Shown: in pieces, positions 40,195 to 54,040 of the stretch
Numbering within the stretch: the stretch's first letter is position 1
Layout of the letters: each line of letters opens with the position of its first letter
Origin: Lama guanicoe
Taxonomy: Eukaryota
Length of the DNA: 64,000 bases
Direction: 5' to 3'
Assembly: GCA_013239625.1 (NCBI GenBank)
Contig: MU053520.1
Span: 1,021,103 to 1,085,102, forward strand
Made by a program: the position numbers and the translations under genes
Notes under the pieces: model-generated
Database searches by the model: none
What the model was told of the DNA's origin: nothing
Seen by the model: the letters and a program-made list of their open reading frames with translations, nothing else

Positions 40195-43100
40195 TTAGAT
40201 TCCACATATGAGCAATCTCATATGGTATTTTTCTTTCCCTTTCTGGCTTACTACACTTAGAATGACATTCTCCAGGAACATCCATGTTGCTGCAAATGGC
40301 ATTATGTTGTCGGTTTTTATGGCTGAATAGTATTCCATTGTATAAATATACCACTTCTTCTTTATCCAGTCATCTGTTGATGGACATTTAGGCTGTTTCC
40401 ATGTCTTGGTTATTGTAAATAGTGCTGCTATGAACATTGGGGTGCAGGTGTCATCCTGAAGTAGGGTTCCTTCTGGATATATGCCCAGGAGTGGGATTCC
40501 TGGGTCATACGGTAAGTCTATTCCTAGTCTTTTGAGGAATCCATACTGTTTTCCACAGTGGCTGCACAAAACTGCATTCTCACCAGCAGTGTAGGAGAGT
40601 TCCCCTTCCTCCACAGCCTCTCCAGCATTTGTCATTTGTGGATTTTTGAATGATGGCCATTCTGACTGGTGTGAGGTGATATCACATTGTAGTTCTGATT
40701 TGCATTTCTCTGATAATTAGTGATATTGAGCATTTTTTCATGTGCCTATTGATCATTTGTATGTCTTCCTTAGAGAATTGCTTGTTTAGGTCTTTTGCCC
40801 ATTTTTGGATTGTTGTTTGGTTGTTTCTTATTAAGTCGTATGAGCTGCTTATATATTCTGGAGATCAAGCCTTTGTCAGTTTCNNNNNNNNNNNNNNNNN
40901 NNNNNNNNNNNNNNNNNNNNNNNNNNNNNNNNNNNNNNNNNNNNNNNNNNNNNNNNNNNNNNNNNNNNNNNNNNNNNNNNNNNNNNNNNNNNNNNNNNNN
41001 NNNNNNNNNNNNNNNNNNNNNNNNNNNNNNNNNNNNNNNNNNNNNNNNNNNNNNNNNNNNNNNNNNNNNNNNNNNNNNNNNNNNNNNNNNNNNNNNNNNN
41101 NNNNNNNNNNNNNNNNNNNNNNNNNNNNNNNNNNNNNNNNNNNNNNNNNNNNNNNNNNNNNNNNNNNNNNNNNNNNNNNNNNNNNNNNNNNNNNNNNNNN
41201 NGATTGCCTTGGGCAGTGTGACCATTTTAACAATATTGATTCTTCTAATCCAAGAGCATGGGATATCTTTCCATTTTTTAAAGTCTTCTTTAATTTCCTT
41301 CATCAATGGTTTCTAATTTTCTGTGAATAATTCTTTCACCTCCTTGGTTAGATTTATTCCTAGGTATTTTATTACTTTGGGTGCTATTTTAAAGGGGATA
41401 GTTTCTTTACTTTCTTTTCCTGTTGATTCATCAATAGTGTAAAGAAATGCAACTGATTTTGAACGTTAAACTTGTAACCTGCTACCTTGCTGAATACTTC
41501 GATCAGCTCTAGTACTTTTTGTGTGGACCTTTTAGGGTTTTCTATACATGTCATCGGCATATAGTGACACTTTGACCTCTTCTTTTCCAATTTGGATGCC
41601 TTTTATTTCTCTCTCTTGCCTGATTGCTGTGGCTAGGACTTCCAAGACTATGTTGAATAGGAGTGATGATACTGGGCATCCTTGCCTTGTCCCAGATTTT
41701 AGTGGGAAGCTTTTGAGTTTTTCACCATTGAGTATTATGCTGGCTGTAGGTTTGTCATATATAGCTTTTATTATGTTGAGATATGTTCCCTCTATACCCA
41801 CTTTGGCGAGAGTTTTTATCATAAATGGATGTTGAATTTTATCAAATGTTTTTTCTGTATCTTTTGAGATGATCATGTGTTTTTTGTTCTTTCTCTTGTT
41901 GATGTGATGTATTATATTGATTGATTTGTGTATGTTAAACCACCCTTGTGTCCATGGGATGAATCCCACTTGGTCATGATGTATAATCTTTTTTATGTGT
42001 TGTTGAATTCTATTTGCTAATATTTTGGTGAGGATTTTGGCATCTATATTCATCAGCGATATTGTCCTATAATTCTCTTTTTTGATAGTGTCTTTGCCTG
42101 GTTTTGGTATCAGGATGATGGTGGCTTCATAGAATGAGTTTGGGAGTATTCCCTCCTTTTCAATCTTCTGGAAGACTTTGAGAAAGACTGGTATGAGTTC
42201 TTTGTATGTTTGGTAGAATTCCCTGGTGAAGCTGTCCGCTCCTGGACTTTTATTTGTAGGGAGGTTTTTTATTGCTATTTCGATTTCATTTCTAGTGATC
42301 GGTTTGTTCAAGTGGTCAGTTTCTTCTTGATTCAGTCTTGGTGGACTGTATGTTTCCAGAAACTTGTCCATCTCCTCTAAGTTATCCAGTTTTGTTCCAT
42401 ATAGTTTTTCATAATATTCTTGTATGATATTCTGTTTTTCTATGTGATTTGTTGTAATTTCTCCATTTTCCTTTCTTATTTTGCTAATTTGTGCTCTCTC
42501 TTTTTTCTTCTTTGTGAGTTTGGCCAAAGGTTTGTTGATTTTATTTACTTTTTCGAAAAACCAGCTTTTGGTTTGGTTGATTTTTCCTATGGTCTTGTTA
42601 ATCTCTATTGTATTTATTTCCTCTCTAATCTTTATAATGTCCTTCCTTCTGCTGCCTTTTGGGGCTTTCTGTTCTTCTTTTTCTAATTCACTTAGCTGGT
42701 GGGTTAAATTGTTTATTTGAGATTGTTCTTCTTTTGTAAGGAAGGCCTGTATCACTATAAACTTCCCTCTTTGTAGGGAAGCCCTGTATCACTATAAACT
42801 TCCCTCTTAGCACTTTGCTGTGTCCCGTAGATTTTGAGTGGTTGTGCTTTCATTGTCATTGTCTCAAGGTATTTTTTAATTTCAGCTTTGATTTCCTCAT
42901 TGACCCATTGTTTTTTTTAACAACATATTGTTTAATCTCCATGCTTTCCTTCTTTTCTCCTTTGTTTCTCCGTTGTTGATTTCTAGTTTCATGGTATTGT
43001 GGTCAGTAAAGATGCTTGAGATAATTTCTATCTTCTTAAAATTGTTGAGGTTTGTTTTGTGCCCAAGTACATGATCAATCCTAGAAAATATTCCATGTGC

Positions 43101-43683
43101 ACTTGAAAAGAATGTATATCCTATTTTGAGGGGATGTAATGCTCTGAAAATATCCACCAAATAATTTTTCTATTGTATTATTTAATTTCTCTGTTGCCTT
43201 ATTTATTTTTTGTCTGGAAAATCCATCTAGCGATGTTAATGTGGTGTTAAAATCTCCAACTATGATTGTATTTCCGTCAGTATCCCCCTTTATCTCTGTT
43301 AGTAATTGCTTTATGTATTTAGGAGCTCCTATATTGGATGCATATATATTAATGAGTGTAATATCCTCATGTTGTATCACTCCTTTAATCATTGTAAAAT
43401 GCCCCTCTTTAGCTTTCTTTATGGCCTTTGTTTTAAAATCTATTTTGTCTGAAATCTGTACTGCAACACCTGCTTTTTTGGCTTTTCCATTTGTGTGGAA
43501 TATCCTTTTCCATCCTTTCACTCTCAATGTATATATGTCCTTCACCCTAAAGTGGGTCTCTTGTATGCAACATATTGAAGGTTCTTGCATTATTATCCAG
43601 TCTGCCACTCTGTGTCTTTTGACTGGAGCATTCTGTCCATTAACATTTACAGTAATTAATGATAGATGTGTGTTCGTTGCCAT
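40195..43683 (-). pseudogene. L1 ORF2 (EN/RT), frameshifted
   Basis: [54 protein letters not shown] and LYADD, split over several frames. Confidence 0.95.
40884..41201. other. Assembly gap (318 N)
   Basis: Run of n inside L1 ORF2. Confidence 1.
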
Positions 43684-44058
43684 TTGGAACTTATCTTTGC
43701 AGTTGATTTGGTATTTCTCTTTGTTCCTTTCTTCTTCCTTTTGTGGTTTGGTAATTTTCCTTTGTATTATCATGGATTTTATTTAGTTTTTGTGAGTCCC
43801 TTGTAGGTTCTTGGCTTGTGGTTACCCTTTTCTGTAAGTCTATTAGCCCATTACTATATCATGAACCCATCCTACTGAAAACAAAATATTTTAAAAAGAA
43901 AGAAAGAAATACTCTATATTTTCTTGCTTCCCTCTCCCACTCTTAATGATTTAGATGTCTTCTTTTACAATTTTGTGTTTATTTCATTTGTAATTCATGA
44001 GTTATCACCTATCCAGTTATGAGTTTCTCATTTCTGTATCACCCTGCTGCTTTTCTAT

Positions 44059-44949
44059 TTAGAGTAGACCTTTTAGCATGGGTTTAGTGTTGCTAAACTC
44101 TTTTAGTTTTTGCTTGTTTGTGAAATTCTTTATGTCTCCTTCTATCCTAAAGGATAGCCTTGCTGGATAAAGTATCCTAGGCTGCATCTTTTTGTTGTTG
44201 TTGTTGTTTTGATTCAGGACTTTGAATATATCTTGCCACTCCCTTCTGGCTTGTAGTGTTTGTGTAGAGAAATCAGCTGAGAGCCTTAGAGGGGTTCCCT
44301 TGTAACTCACTCTTTGCTTTTCTCTTGCTGCCTTTAGGATTATTTCTTTATCCTTGACTCTGGCCATCTTGATTATGATATGTCTTGGTGTGGGTCTGTT
44401 TGGGTTTTTCCTCTTTGGGACCCTTTGAACTTCGTGTACTTGGATATCTGATTCCTTCTTTAAATTTGGGAAGTTTTCAGTCATGATTTCTTCAAAAACC
44501 TTTTCAATCTTGTTTGATCTTTCTTCCCCTTCTGGGACTCCCATTATGCAAAGTTTGGCATGCTTTGTGTTATCCCATAGGTCCCTTATGTTGCTTTCCT
44601 TTGTTTTTATTTATTTTGCAGTTGTTCTGATAGGGTACTTTCTGTTGTCATGTCTTCTAGGTCACTAATTTGTTCCTCTGCATTATCTAAGCTGCTTTGC
44701 ACAGCCTTTAGATCCATTCTCATCTCAGCCAATGAGTTTACCAGTTCTACTTGGCTCTTCTTTATAGCTTTGATTTCATTTCTGACATATTTTATATCAC
44801 TAAACACGATGTCTTTTAGTTCCTTCAATACTTTGATCATCTGTTTTTGAAATCTTGATCTAGTAGGCTATTGATGTCTATTTCATTGATCGTTCTTTCA
44901 GGGATTTCTCTTGTTCTTTTAATTGTGAATGGTTTCTCTGCTTCTTCAT
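44059..44949 (-). pseudogene. L1 ORF1, frameshifted
   Basis: A coiled-coil fragment (44607-44840) and GVPEGEE..ENFPNL..TPRHIIIK..ARREW..YPARLSF (44059-44544). Confidence 0.95.
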
Positions 44950-45074
44950 CTTGCTCATATCTCTCTGGCACTGTGGCTTATGGAGTATCAGTTATCTATT
45001 GTGGTCCTTAAAGGAATTTATTTATTTATATATCTAATGCCTATGTAGGAATAAAACTTAAAAAATAAAAAAGG

Positions 45075-46570
45075 AGAGAAAGAGAAAAAGAATTTTAAAA
45101 GAAGGGAAAAAAAGTTTGAAAACACTGTATAATCAATTATAGAAGTGCAATTTGAATCAGACTAGCATTCGATTTGAGACGTCTTTTTTAAAAACCCTTT
45201 TAAAAAAAGGAGAAAAGATCAAAAAATGACATTTGAAACCTATTTATAATCAAAAACAGGAGATCAAAATAAAAAAAAATGAAAATGAAATCAGGTGGAT
45301 TTTTTAAAAAATAATAATAATGTAAATAGTTTACAAGAAAAATTTAAAAAGGAATTAAAACTAGAAGCATATGCAATTGTTTAGAAAGTAGAAATTAAAA
45401 AGGTAATAGAAAATAGAACAGATAATAAAAGATAAAATAAAGAGAGAACTTTAAGAGAAGGGAAGAAAAAAAGATTTGAAAACAGTGTATAATCAAGTAT
45501 AGAAGAGCAACTTGAATCAGACTAGCATTCGAGTTGAGACATATTTTTAAAAATCCTTAAACAAAAGAAGGAAAAAAGATCAAAAAATGATATTTATAAC
45601 CTATTTATAATCAATAACAGGCAGTCAAACCCAAAAGAAATGAAAATGAAATCAGATGTATTTTTTAAAAAATAATAATGTAATTACTTTAAAAGAAAAA
45701 TTTAAAAGGAATTAAAACTGGAAGCATATACAATTGTTTAGAAAGTAGAAATTAATAAGACAATAAAAATAGAACAGATAAAAGAAGATATGATAGAGAG
45801 AGAATTTTGAAAAAGAGGTTTGGAAACAGTGTATAATGAGTAATTGAAGAGCAAGCTGAAGCAGAATAACAATCGGGTTGAGACGTCTCTTGAAAATCTT
45901 TTTAAAAGGAGAAAAGAGGAAAAAAATATATTTGAAACCTGTATATAATCAGTAACAGTAGATCAAAACCAAGAGAGAGAAAAATGACACGATGTGGATT
46001 TTTTAAAATAATAATTGTGAGCTGGCCTTGAGTTGAGTTAAGGCCGTGGGACCCAAGGCCATGGCCAGAGCCTTGAGATAAGTTAAGGCTGTGGGACTCA
46101 AGGCCACGACTACAGAGCATGTTTGTAGTATGCAGTAAATAATTGCTCCGCTCCTGTGTCAATTATATAAGATTTAGAACAAAGAAAATAGAAGTACACA
46201 TGTGCTAGAGATATTCTGTAAGCCTAATGAACAAAGAAACTCAGACCGCGCATGTGCTGACAGAAAACAGATAAAAGAAGGACAGGTGCATCATAGGCGC
46301 ACCTCCCTGTGGCAATGAAGTGTTGTTAACCCCATGGTGTCTCCGGCTGAAGTCTGTCCAGCATTATGGCAACTCCTCGTGCATTTTTTCGTTTGGGCAG
46401 CTCACCTCCTAGAACCCCACATCAGCCTCCCTTGGCTGACACAATAATAATTTTAAAAGAAAAATTTAAAAGGGATTAAAACTGGGAGGATATGTAATTG
46501 TTTAAAAAGTAAAAATTAAAAAGGTAATAGAAAATACAACAGGTAAGAACAGATTACAAAATAAAAAAAG
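45075..46570. repeat. Three ~350-bp AT-rich tandem units in the L1 5'UTR
   Basis: The anchor aaca(c/g)tgtataat recurs at 45121, 45481 and 45826. The third unit is split by a solo LTR. Confidence 0.9.
46016..46443. mobile_element. Solo LTR inserted in the L1 5'UTR
   Basis: tgtga...gacaca termini with an ataat TSD (46011-46015 / 46444-46448) and an abrupt GC shift. It has an internal ~44-bp direct repeat near its start. Confidence 0.85.
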
Positions 46571-48227
46571 GGAGTGGGGGGGTGTTCTCCTGAAGACTGT
46601 GTGCTCTTAATGAGAAGCCTTTCTGTCTTCGCCCTGTTTCATGAACTCAGCTTGCTGTTTCCAGAGGCCCTCCATTGGTGCCCTCCTCTGTGCTGCTCCC
46701 AGGGCCTGTCGGCAAGCAGACCACGCCCCCTCCCAGCACAGCATTCCTGCTGGAAAGGCGGAGGGGGGCCACCTGCCACCTCCCAGTGCCAGTCACTCTG
46801 CAGCTCCATGCCACTGTGCACTCTGTGATGCCGCACTCTCCGCCGTGGATCCATGCTCCGTAGGCTGGCCCTGGGAAGACCTCGGAACGGTCTGGCCCCT
46901 GCTCTGTGTCCAGACTCAGCTCCTTGTCTGTCCTGGCAGCACGAACTTTAGGAGGCACCAGGGCTGGAGGATCCTATCTGACTCAAGCTGCAAACAAGTC
47001 ACTGTCTGGCCTTTGAGGCTGCCGAGCCCCCAGGTGCAGATTCAGTTTTCGCCCCTGCCCCCACCTGGGTGCCAAGAGCTGGAGGATATGGTGGCTGCGC
47101 CTGAGCCCCACCTCTCCTCATGGAAAACCTTCCCTGGGTTTTCAGAGATGGGGTTATGCACCCTTCCCCCCAGGGCACATCAGCCGTGCTGTTTAATGGA
47201 GGGCCCAGGTTGTTCTGCCCTGTGCACCCACTCATCCACATTGCGCAGCTCCCTGCAGTCCCCCTGGGCTGGCAGCCATCTCCGTCCTCCGCCTGGCTCA
47301 GGCAGCCTGTCCTGGCCCCCAGCTCCCAGCTTGAGTCTCAGGCTGGGTGTTGCAGGGACACTCTGTGCCCATTTAACTTAGTTCTGTTGGTCAAGGGCTG
47401 CTCCATACAGATCCAAGCCTTGGAGGCTCCCCCTCTGTCCTGATGGCCTCTCCGTTGGAGAGAGGGAGACCCAGCAAACAAGTGTCAGCCCTCCTTTGCC
47501 GCTCCCTCCCTGCAGGACCCATTCCTCACTGTTTTACCTTTTCAGCTTTCTTTTTTTCCTTTCTCCTACCAGATTTTTGGTGTCTTTGTCTTTTGAAGAG
47601 GACAGTGTTCTTTCGGAGTTCCACAGGTGCTCTGGTTGGCTGAATGGGTCCGTGGATGTGAGTCTTGGTGTATCTGTGGGAGAGGGTGAGCTACGAGCAT
47701 CCTACTACTCTGCCATCTTGGCCTCATCTCTATCAAAGGACTTTTGAGGGGAGAGGGAGAATGTTACAACCTGAATTACATTTTTAAAATATATCTCTGG
47801 CTATTTGATTGATATTGAGTTTTAGGGGGATAAAAATAAAGCAGGAAGATGAGGTGGGATGGTCTTCCCTTAACTTATTCAAGAAATAAAAGTAGAGAAG
47901 AGTGTCATTGCAGAGGGCAAGAAACAGAGCAAATGTAGATACATTTTAGATGCAACTAATAGGACTTCCTGACAGATAAACAAGGAAAGAAAAAAAAATG
48001 AGTAACAAGGAAAGGAAAAAATACTCAAACATAACTGACCTTCTTGATCTCTATTATTGCTGTTTTTAAAGTCATTTAACCTTCCTGTGCCTTAGTTTTC
48101 TCAACTTTAAAAATGAGGGAATGTTACCTATTTCATGGAGCTATTTCTAATTACTCTTAATTAACATATAACAAGAATTTAGAACATCACTTGACATATA
48201 ATATGTGCTAAATAACTGCTGGCTTTA

Positions 48228-48324
48228 GAGGAGACTATAGATGAAGTAGCAGAGCACATGCTTGGCATGTACAAGGTCCTGGGTTCAATCCCCAGTACTT
48301 CCATTAATTAAAAAATAAGTAAAT
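48228..48324 (+). mobile_element. tRNA-Ala-derived SINE (camelid vic-1-like)
   Basis: agagcacatgcttggcatgtacaaggtcctgggttcaatccccagtac (B-box) plus an AT tail. The TSD is ataa(c/g)tg(c/t)tggctt at 48212-48225 / 48325-48338. Confidence 0.85.
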
Positions 48325-51024
48325 ATAAGTGTTGGCTTCTATTATTGTTAAAATATATTATTCTATCATTGTTACTATTATTTTAATCAGATCAAATTTG
48401 CTATTTTTCAGATAGATGTCAAAATTTCCTCTCTGCTCTTCCCTTCTGTGTGTTTTTCAGCACTGTTATAAAATTATTCTTTCCCACATATCACTTTTTC
48501 TGACATTTCAGTTTTGACATTTTCTTCCTAAGGAGAGTAAGAAAATAGATTAAGCTTGTTTGTTCAGGGTGCTATCTTTAATTGGAAGGTATTTATAATT
48601 TTTTTCTATTGCTGAATGATACACACTACTTCTCAGACCCAATGTGAAGAAAGTAAAAAGATATCCTGACCGAAAGGGCCACCACTCCCAGTTGTTATAC
48701 AGATTTTTTTTTCAATGGGGGAAGCCATTCCTTCTCACTTGAATGTGGGCTAATCTAGCAGAACTGGGTTAGTATTGAACATAGTGCTGAAGACAGGCAA
48801 CTTTTTATCTAATATATTCAGAAAAGTCTGATATATAGACTCATTTTTATAATACATGGGCCCGAAATCTAAGATTCAGGTGTCAGAAGGGTCTGAGTTG
48901 AGAGATAAACCTAGTGATAGCCATAGGTACTGATGAAAATGAGAGAATGTTGCAAAAGCTTCAGGACCAAGAAAATGAGATCATCCAGCAGCATAGTAGG
49001 GTCAGCAGTCACCAGGTTCCTCTGAGTCTCGATTTTAATGCCACAGTGTATAGGTTGGTCAGCCTTGCTTGAAATGTCTACTGTGTCTTGCATCAGAGAT
49101 TCCACTTCAACAGTATTCTTGTCAATACCCTCAGCAATCCATTCATTTCACTTGTTGTACTCAATACAAAGCAAAACATGATATTCGAGTTTCCATCTGT
49201 CTGCCTTCTATGCATTAGGCTGCTAAACATGGGATAAAAATAACACTTTACTCCGATAAGTGACACTGAAATTTATTTGTGATTCACAACTTCCCATGAG
49301 GCTTCAATTTGTCACAATATTCCTGTAATTCTTTTGTTATGTTTCTTTTCCATTTACCGCAGAAACTATATCAAATATATTTTCTTTCTTCTGATACCTG
49401 ACTCTCACTCACTATCTTAGTCTCAACCAACACCTTTTCTCTGAATAGCAGTCCTCAACTGCTAAGTCTTTCCATTCCTTCCACCAAACTGACTGATGTA
49501 AGCACTCTTGCTGTCCATCTCTCCTGTGACAGTGGCACGGGTCCCTTCTCCTGCCCAGGTTTCATATGACTGTGAACTGCTTTCTTGATCTCTCTGCCTC
49601 TTCAAAGATTCCTCCTACAGTGGCTTCTTTACTTTAGTGTCTGAATATATGCAAGTCTCTTTTCTCAGAAGTCTGTCTTGACCACACATCCCTCTAACTC
49701 TGAACTATTTCTTTCCCCTTGTTCATAGAGTGGCTCCAGAAGCAGATTAGCTGAGTGTGCATTTCAGATCTGCCACTTATTAGTTAGTCACAATTAATTT
49801 AATCTTGAATAATTCATTTAACATGACTGTGGTTTCTTCCTCTTAACACCTACCTCATAGGTTAAATACTAACATGTATAAAGCATTTGCAAATACCTGG
49901 AAAATAAAGTACTTAATAAGTATTGGGTATAATAATGCTTATTACTATTAGTTAAGTCAGACTTCCTGAGAAAAGCATTAATGCAGGTTGTGTATATTTT
50001 ATGTTCTCCCTCTTACTACTCAGCACGCAGTCAGTCATCTGGCGGTTGTGTTAAATGTTTGGTGAAATATTCTTGCTAAGACATTTGCTCACTCCAACAG
50101 GTATTTCTGCCTTTACCTTACCTGACTTTAGAAAGTATTTGACATTGTTGATAATTTTTACTTCCTATAGCATTCTATTCTTTTTATCCCTGTGAAATCA
50201 CACTCTCTGGGTTTTCTTCTTACTGTATTTTACATGTTTCCCTTTTAAATTTTTATGTGTTCTTAAAAGTCTTAAATGCCAAGTTCCCCAGAATTCTCTT
50301 CTAAGTCTCCCTGATCTCATTACCCTTATGCCTTCAATGCACTTGCTGATTATTTATGAATCTCTGTCTTCAGCTGAAATCTGTCTCCTGAGCACCAGAT
50401 CAATTCAGCTGCTAAAATCTCCACAGGAACCTTAGATTTGACATGTATAAAATTTAAATTGTCTTCTCCAGCTTCCCTAACCTGTTCATCCTCCTGTGTC
50501 CCTTAGCTCAACATTAGCACAGCCAGTGGGGCCCCAAAGTGAAGAACTCTGGGGCAACCATTATTTTGTGGTAAGCAAAGGTGAGCAATTTATACAAAAA
50601 CACACCTTAAAAGGTGCCCCTCTGCGTTTGTATAATATGGTCCTCGATGTTGTAATCTGGGTCAAAATCCCGTATGTGTTATGGGGCTGTTCTCTCTATC
50701 ACATCCTGTCAATCACTGTCAACTTCAGTTCCTAGTTCTCTCATAATTTCATCCTCCTCCCAATCTCCAAGACAACCCTTCCAGTCTAGACACCATCCTG
50801 ATTCTTCTAATATGCAGCCCAAACTTCTTCACACAGTTTTTAGAATCTTCAGGTACTGTCTCCACTTGCCACTCTAATTTCAACTCTGGCTACTTTTTCT
50901 TAGTATTCTACAATCAAGTCACATTGCCAGCTTCTCAACCCTGCTATACTTCCTCTTACCTCCAGGCTTCTAGTCATGCTTTTCCCTTTCCTTGGAATAA
51001 TCCACCTATTCTCTTTCCCTGGAA

Positions 51025-51450
51025 GGCTTAGTGTAACCCTCCTTAAGATCCTGGACAGGAATTTGAGCCCAAGTAGTTTATTCAGGAATAATCTCAGAAG
51101 AAATGGTAGGAAGGTGGATGAGACAGAAGGAAAGGAAGGCAGAACAGGGTCTTGTTGGTGATCATGTGACCACTATGGCAATGGGAATTCAATTCCACTG
51201 GAAATGTTGGGGATATGATGTAGAATAAATCTCAGAACATTCCCACATAAAAAGCAAGGTAGCTAAGTTGCCCATCTTCCATCACTTGCCCCTCCTTGAC
51301 TGAGAGCATTTCCTGAGGGGTCAGTTCTTCAACCTGACCAAGGACAGATTGTACAGGCTTGAGAAATCCCTCAAGCCTGTAGAGTATGGTGGGTGCTGGA
51401 GGTAGGATGTCAGCATGCACTGGGAACATACATGGGAAACCAGCTTTTAG
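51025..51450. mobile_element. MaLR LTR relic within L2 sequence
   Basis: caagtagtttattcaggaa..gagacagaaggaaaggaag..accactatggcaatgggaattcaattccactgg. Confidence 0.55.
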
Positions 51451-53289
51451 CACTGATACTCCTTTAGTTGTCCTCTCCTGTGCCCCATCTCAAGTTCCTT
51501 ATTTTGTCAGTTATCAAATTTTACTGTGAGACGTTACAGTCAAACAGTAAATCACAATATCCATGTGTCTTGTTCAATGTGGTTTCCCTAAAACCTGGCC
51601 CCTAGTAAGTTCTTCCCATACTTTTCGACTAACCTCTCTTTTGTCAAATGGGGGCATTTAAAGTTTGGTAGCAGGAATTCCATCTCTTTAAAGATTATTC
51701 AAGGTTTTGTAGACTCTTATTCCCTGCTTTCTGCCTAATTCAGGTAGCAGAAATGAATTTGAGGTAAGGTGCAAGCCATTGATTGAGACATCGAAAAGTA
51801 ATTGGTAAAATATGGGTTTCTTACATCAAGTAACCTATTGTCTAGTTTGCTCTTTGTCATTAACCTTCCATCCTGAAATGCTATTTCAAAGATCTCCTTT
51901 GAAGGCTCACATTTGATAAATGCCAAAAGACAAAAATGTATGCTACAAAATAAGGGGAAATGCCATTTTTCGTATGTTCCAAGGGTTTGGCACTTGTACT
52001 AATTGGGTCTAATCATATTGTCTGGTGAGATTCTCTCTCTAAAGATAACTAATTAGAATGGCATAGTTGTAACAGTGAGTTCTGGGTGAAATAATCAGAC
52101 ATTTCCAATCTGAGTGAATGGCTTTTGTGTCAAATGTTGCTGAGCTGAACCATGATAAATTGTTTCCAGATTTATGTATCCCAAATGGAGTTTAGTTCTC
52201 TGTTTTGCTTTTTTTTTTCTTCATGGCTTCCATTTTTTAGCAGGAAAAGTCATCACTTCCTTCCCCTGCCCCAAACAGCTCATGCACCCCATTATCAAAA
52301 GAGTCAAGTCTAGTGTTTCTATCCTAAAGAGGATTAATGCCATACCTTTTGTTTGTTTCTCATTTTTATACCTTGACAGCAATTAAATGACACTTTTGAG
52401 GCTCTCATTATTTTATTTTTGTCTTCCAATCACCACACATGGCATTTTACACACAATATTGTTAATTTAACCCTTAGTGAAAATGAGATAATTATTTATG
52501 TGGAAATAGGTTTGGATTGAATAATACACAGAAATTCTATAGAGATACAAGTAGGATACGATTCCAAGTATAACTCAAACCCAGGACCCTTATCCTTTAC
52601 ATCCTGCTGACTTCTCCAAGATTCCTCTGAGGGCCACTACTTCACATATTAATAAAGAACATCTCACCATAGTATTGGGAATTCCCTACTATAACTATTT
52701 CACAGATGAGAAAGCTAAGCTGCTGCAAAATTTAAAACTTTACCTGAAGTCACATAGCCACTAAATGGTAGAGTTCTAGCTCAAGACGTGTATATCTGAA
52801 TATAGATTCTATTATGTTTCCTCTCTGCCATATAGCCTTTTGATGTGGGAAATTCTTCTTTAATCATCACCAGTCTAAACTCTACCCATCCTTCAAGTCT
52901 TAGCCCAGATACTATTTCCCTGTGCTCCTTCCTCTGAACCTAATAGAACTTAGCAAACTTATGACTCATGAGCATTGCCTTGTACTGTGATGACATGTTA
53001 GAAAAAATACAAACAGACTGTCTGAAATATAAAGGATATCTACACATATATTACCTATTTTGACCCCAAAATATGTCCTCATTATTTCAATTTTGCAGAG
53101 CAGATTGAAGTGACTTGCTCAGAAATTACACATCTGCTAAGTTGTCAAGTGTTGATTTAAACACATCTAAGAATATATATGTATATATATATATATATTT
53201 CTGCATTGGCAAAAAATATGAAATTAGATAATAAACTACCAAGCCTGTGGTGAGTCCTCTCTCAAGATTCCCCCTATGTAAGTGATCCT

Positions 53290-54040
53290 TACCTAGGAAG
53301 TGAAGAGGAAGAGCAATAGTGAGGAGTCAAGTTAGGAGGGAAACTACCAAAGTATGATGACCTGGAAGCCAAATGAAGAAAAGGTCTCAAGGAAGATGTG
53401 GTGGGCACTTGGTTCAAATGTTGCTGATATCAAGTAGAATGAGAACTGGTCACTGATTGTTGGATGTTGCAATAAGGAAGTCATCGGTGACCATCACCAG
53501 ATTGGTTTTTGTGGATGGGGATAAATAAATACCTAGTTGGAATGGATACAAGAGAGAAGAGGATTTAGAGACAAGGACTATAGCTGCCAAGAGAAATAAC
53601 AAATCAGAATGATATCTGGCATTGGAAGAGGTATCACAAAGTGTTCATTTTAAGATGGTAGACAAATAGCATGTGTGTATATTTTGGGAATGACCTCACA
53701 GAGGGTGAAAATTTTGAGAAAATAAAAGAGAAAGGAAAATTGTGGGTACAATGTTCTGGAAAATGCAAAAAAGAAATGACATCAAGTATAAAAATTTGAG
53801 GAGTTTAGCTTTAAACAAGAGCATGGTAGTTCATTTATGTTAACAGTCAAGAAGACAGAGTATGTGGAAATAAATGCTGGAGGGTGGTAGACTGCTGATG
53901 GGAGTCTATAAAAGTTCTCTTCAAATTGCTTCAGTGTTCTCAATGAAGAAATGAGTAAGGTCTTCAGCTAAGAGTGAGGCAAAGGATGTCTGGGAAGCTA
54001 AGAAGAGAGGAAGAGGTATAAACATTTTGTCTAAAACATG
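53290..54040 (-). mobile_element. LINE-2 relic
   Basis: ggaagccaaatgaagaaa..tcaagga..tcaaatgttgctga..tcaagtagaatgagaactg..ggaagtcatcggtgacc. Confidence 0.7.

Larger units (their letters stand above)
39869..47730 (-). mobile_element. Full-length, inactivated LINE-1
   Basis: The 5' end gagatgaggccaagatggc is a YY1-type motif, followed by a GC-rich 5'UTR, ORF1, ORF2, 3'UTR and tail. The TSD is tatcaaagga(t/c)tttt (39859-39873 / 47731-47745). It splits an L2-like relic. Confidence 0.97.

Noticed and set aside
40740..41330. Long ORFs with X runs
   Set aside because: They are artefacts of translating through the N-gap.
46574..47747. Several GC-rich ORFs up to 246 aa
   Set aside because: They lie in the L1 5'UTR, where GC content makes chance ORFs likely; no domain was recognised.
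48228..48300. tRNA-Ala gene
   Set aside because: The A-box is degenerate, and the AT tail and TSD indicate a SINE.
48911..49140. Short open frame resembling an exon
   Set aside because: I recognise no protein match or convincing splice sites; it may be an ancient repeat.
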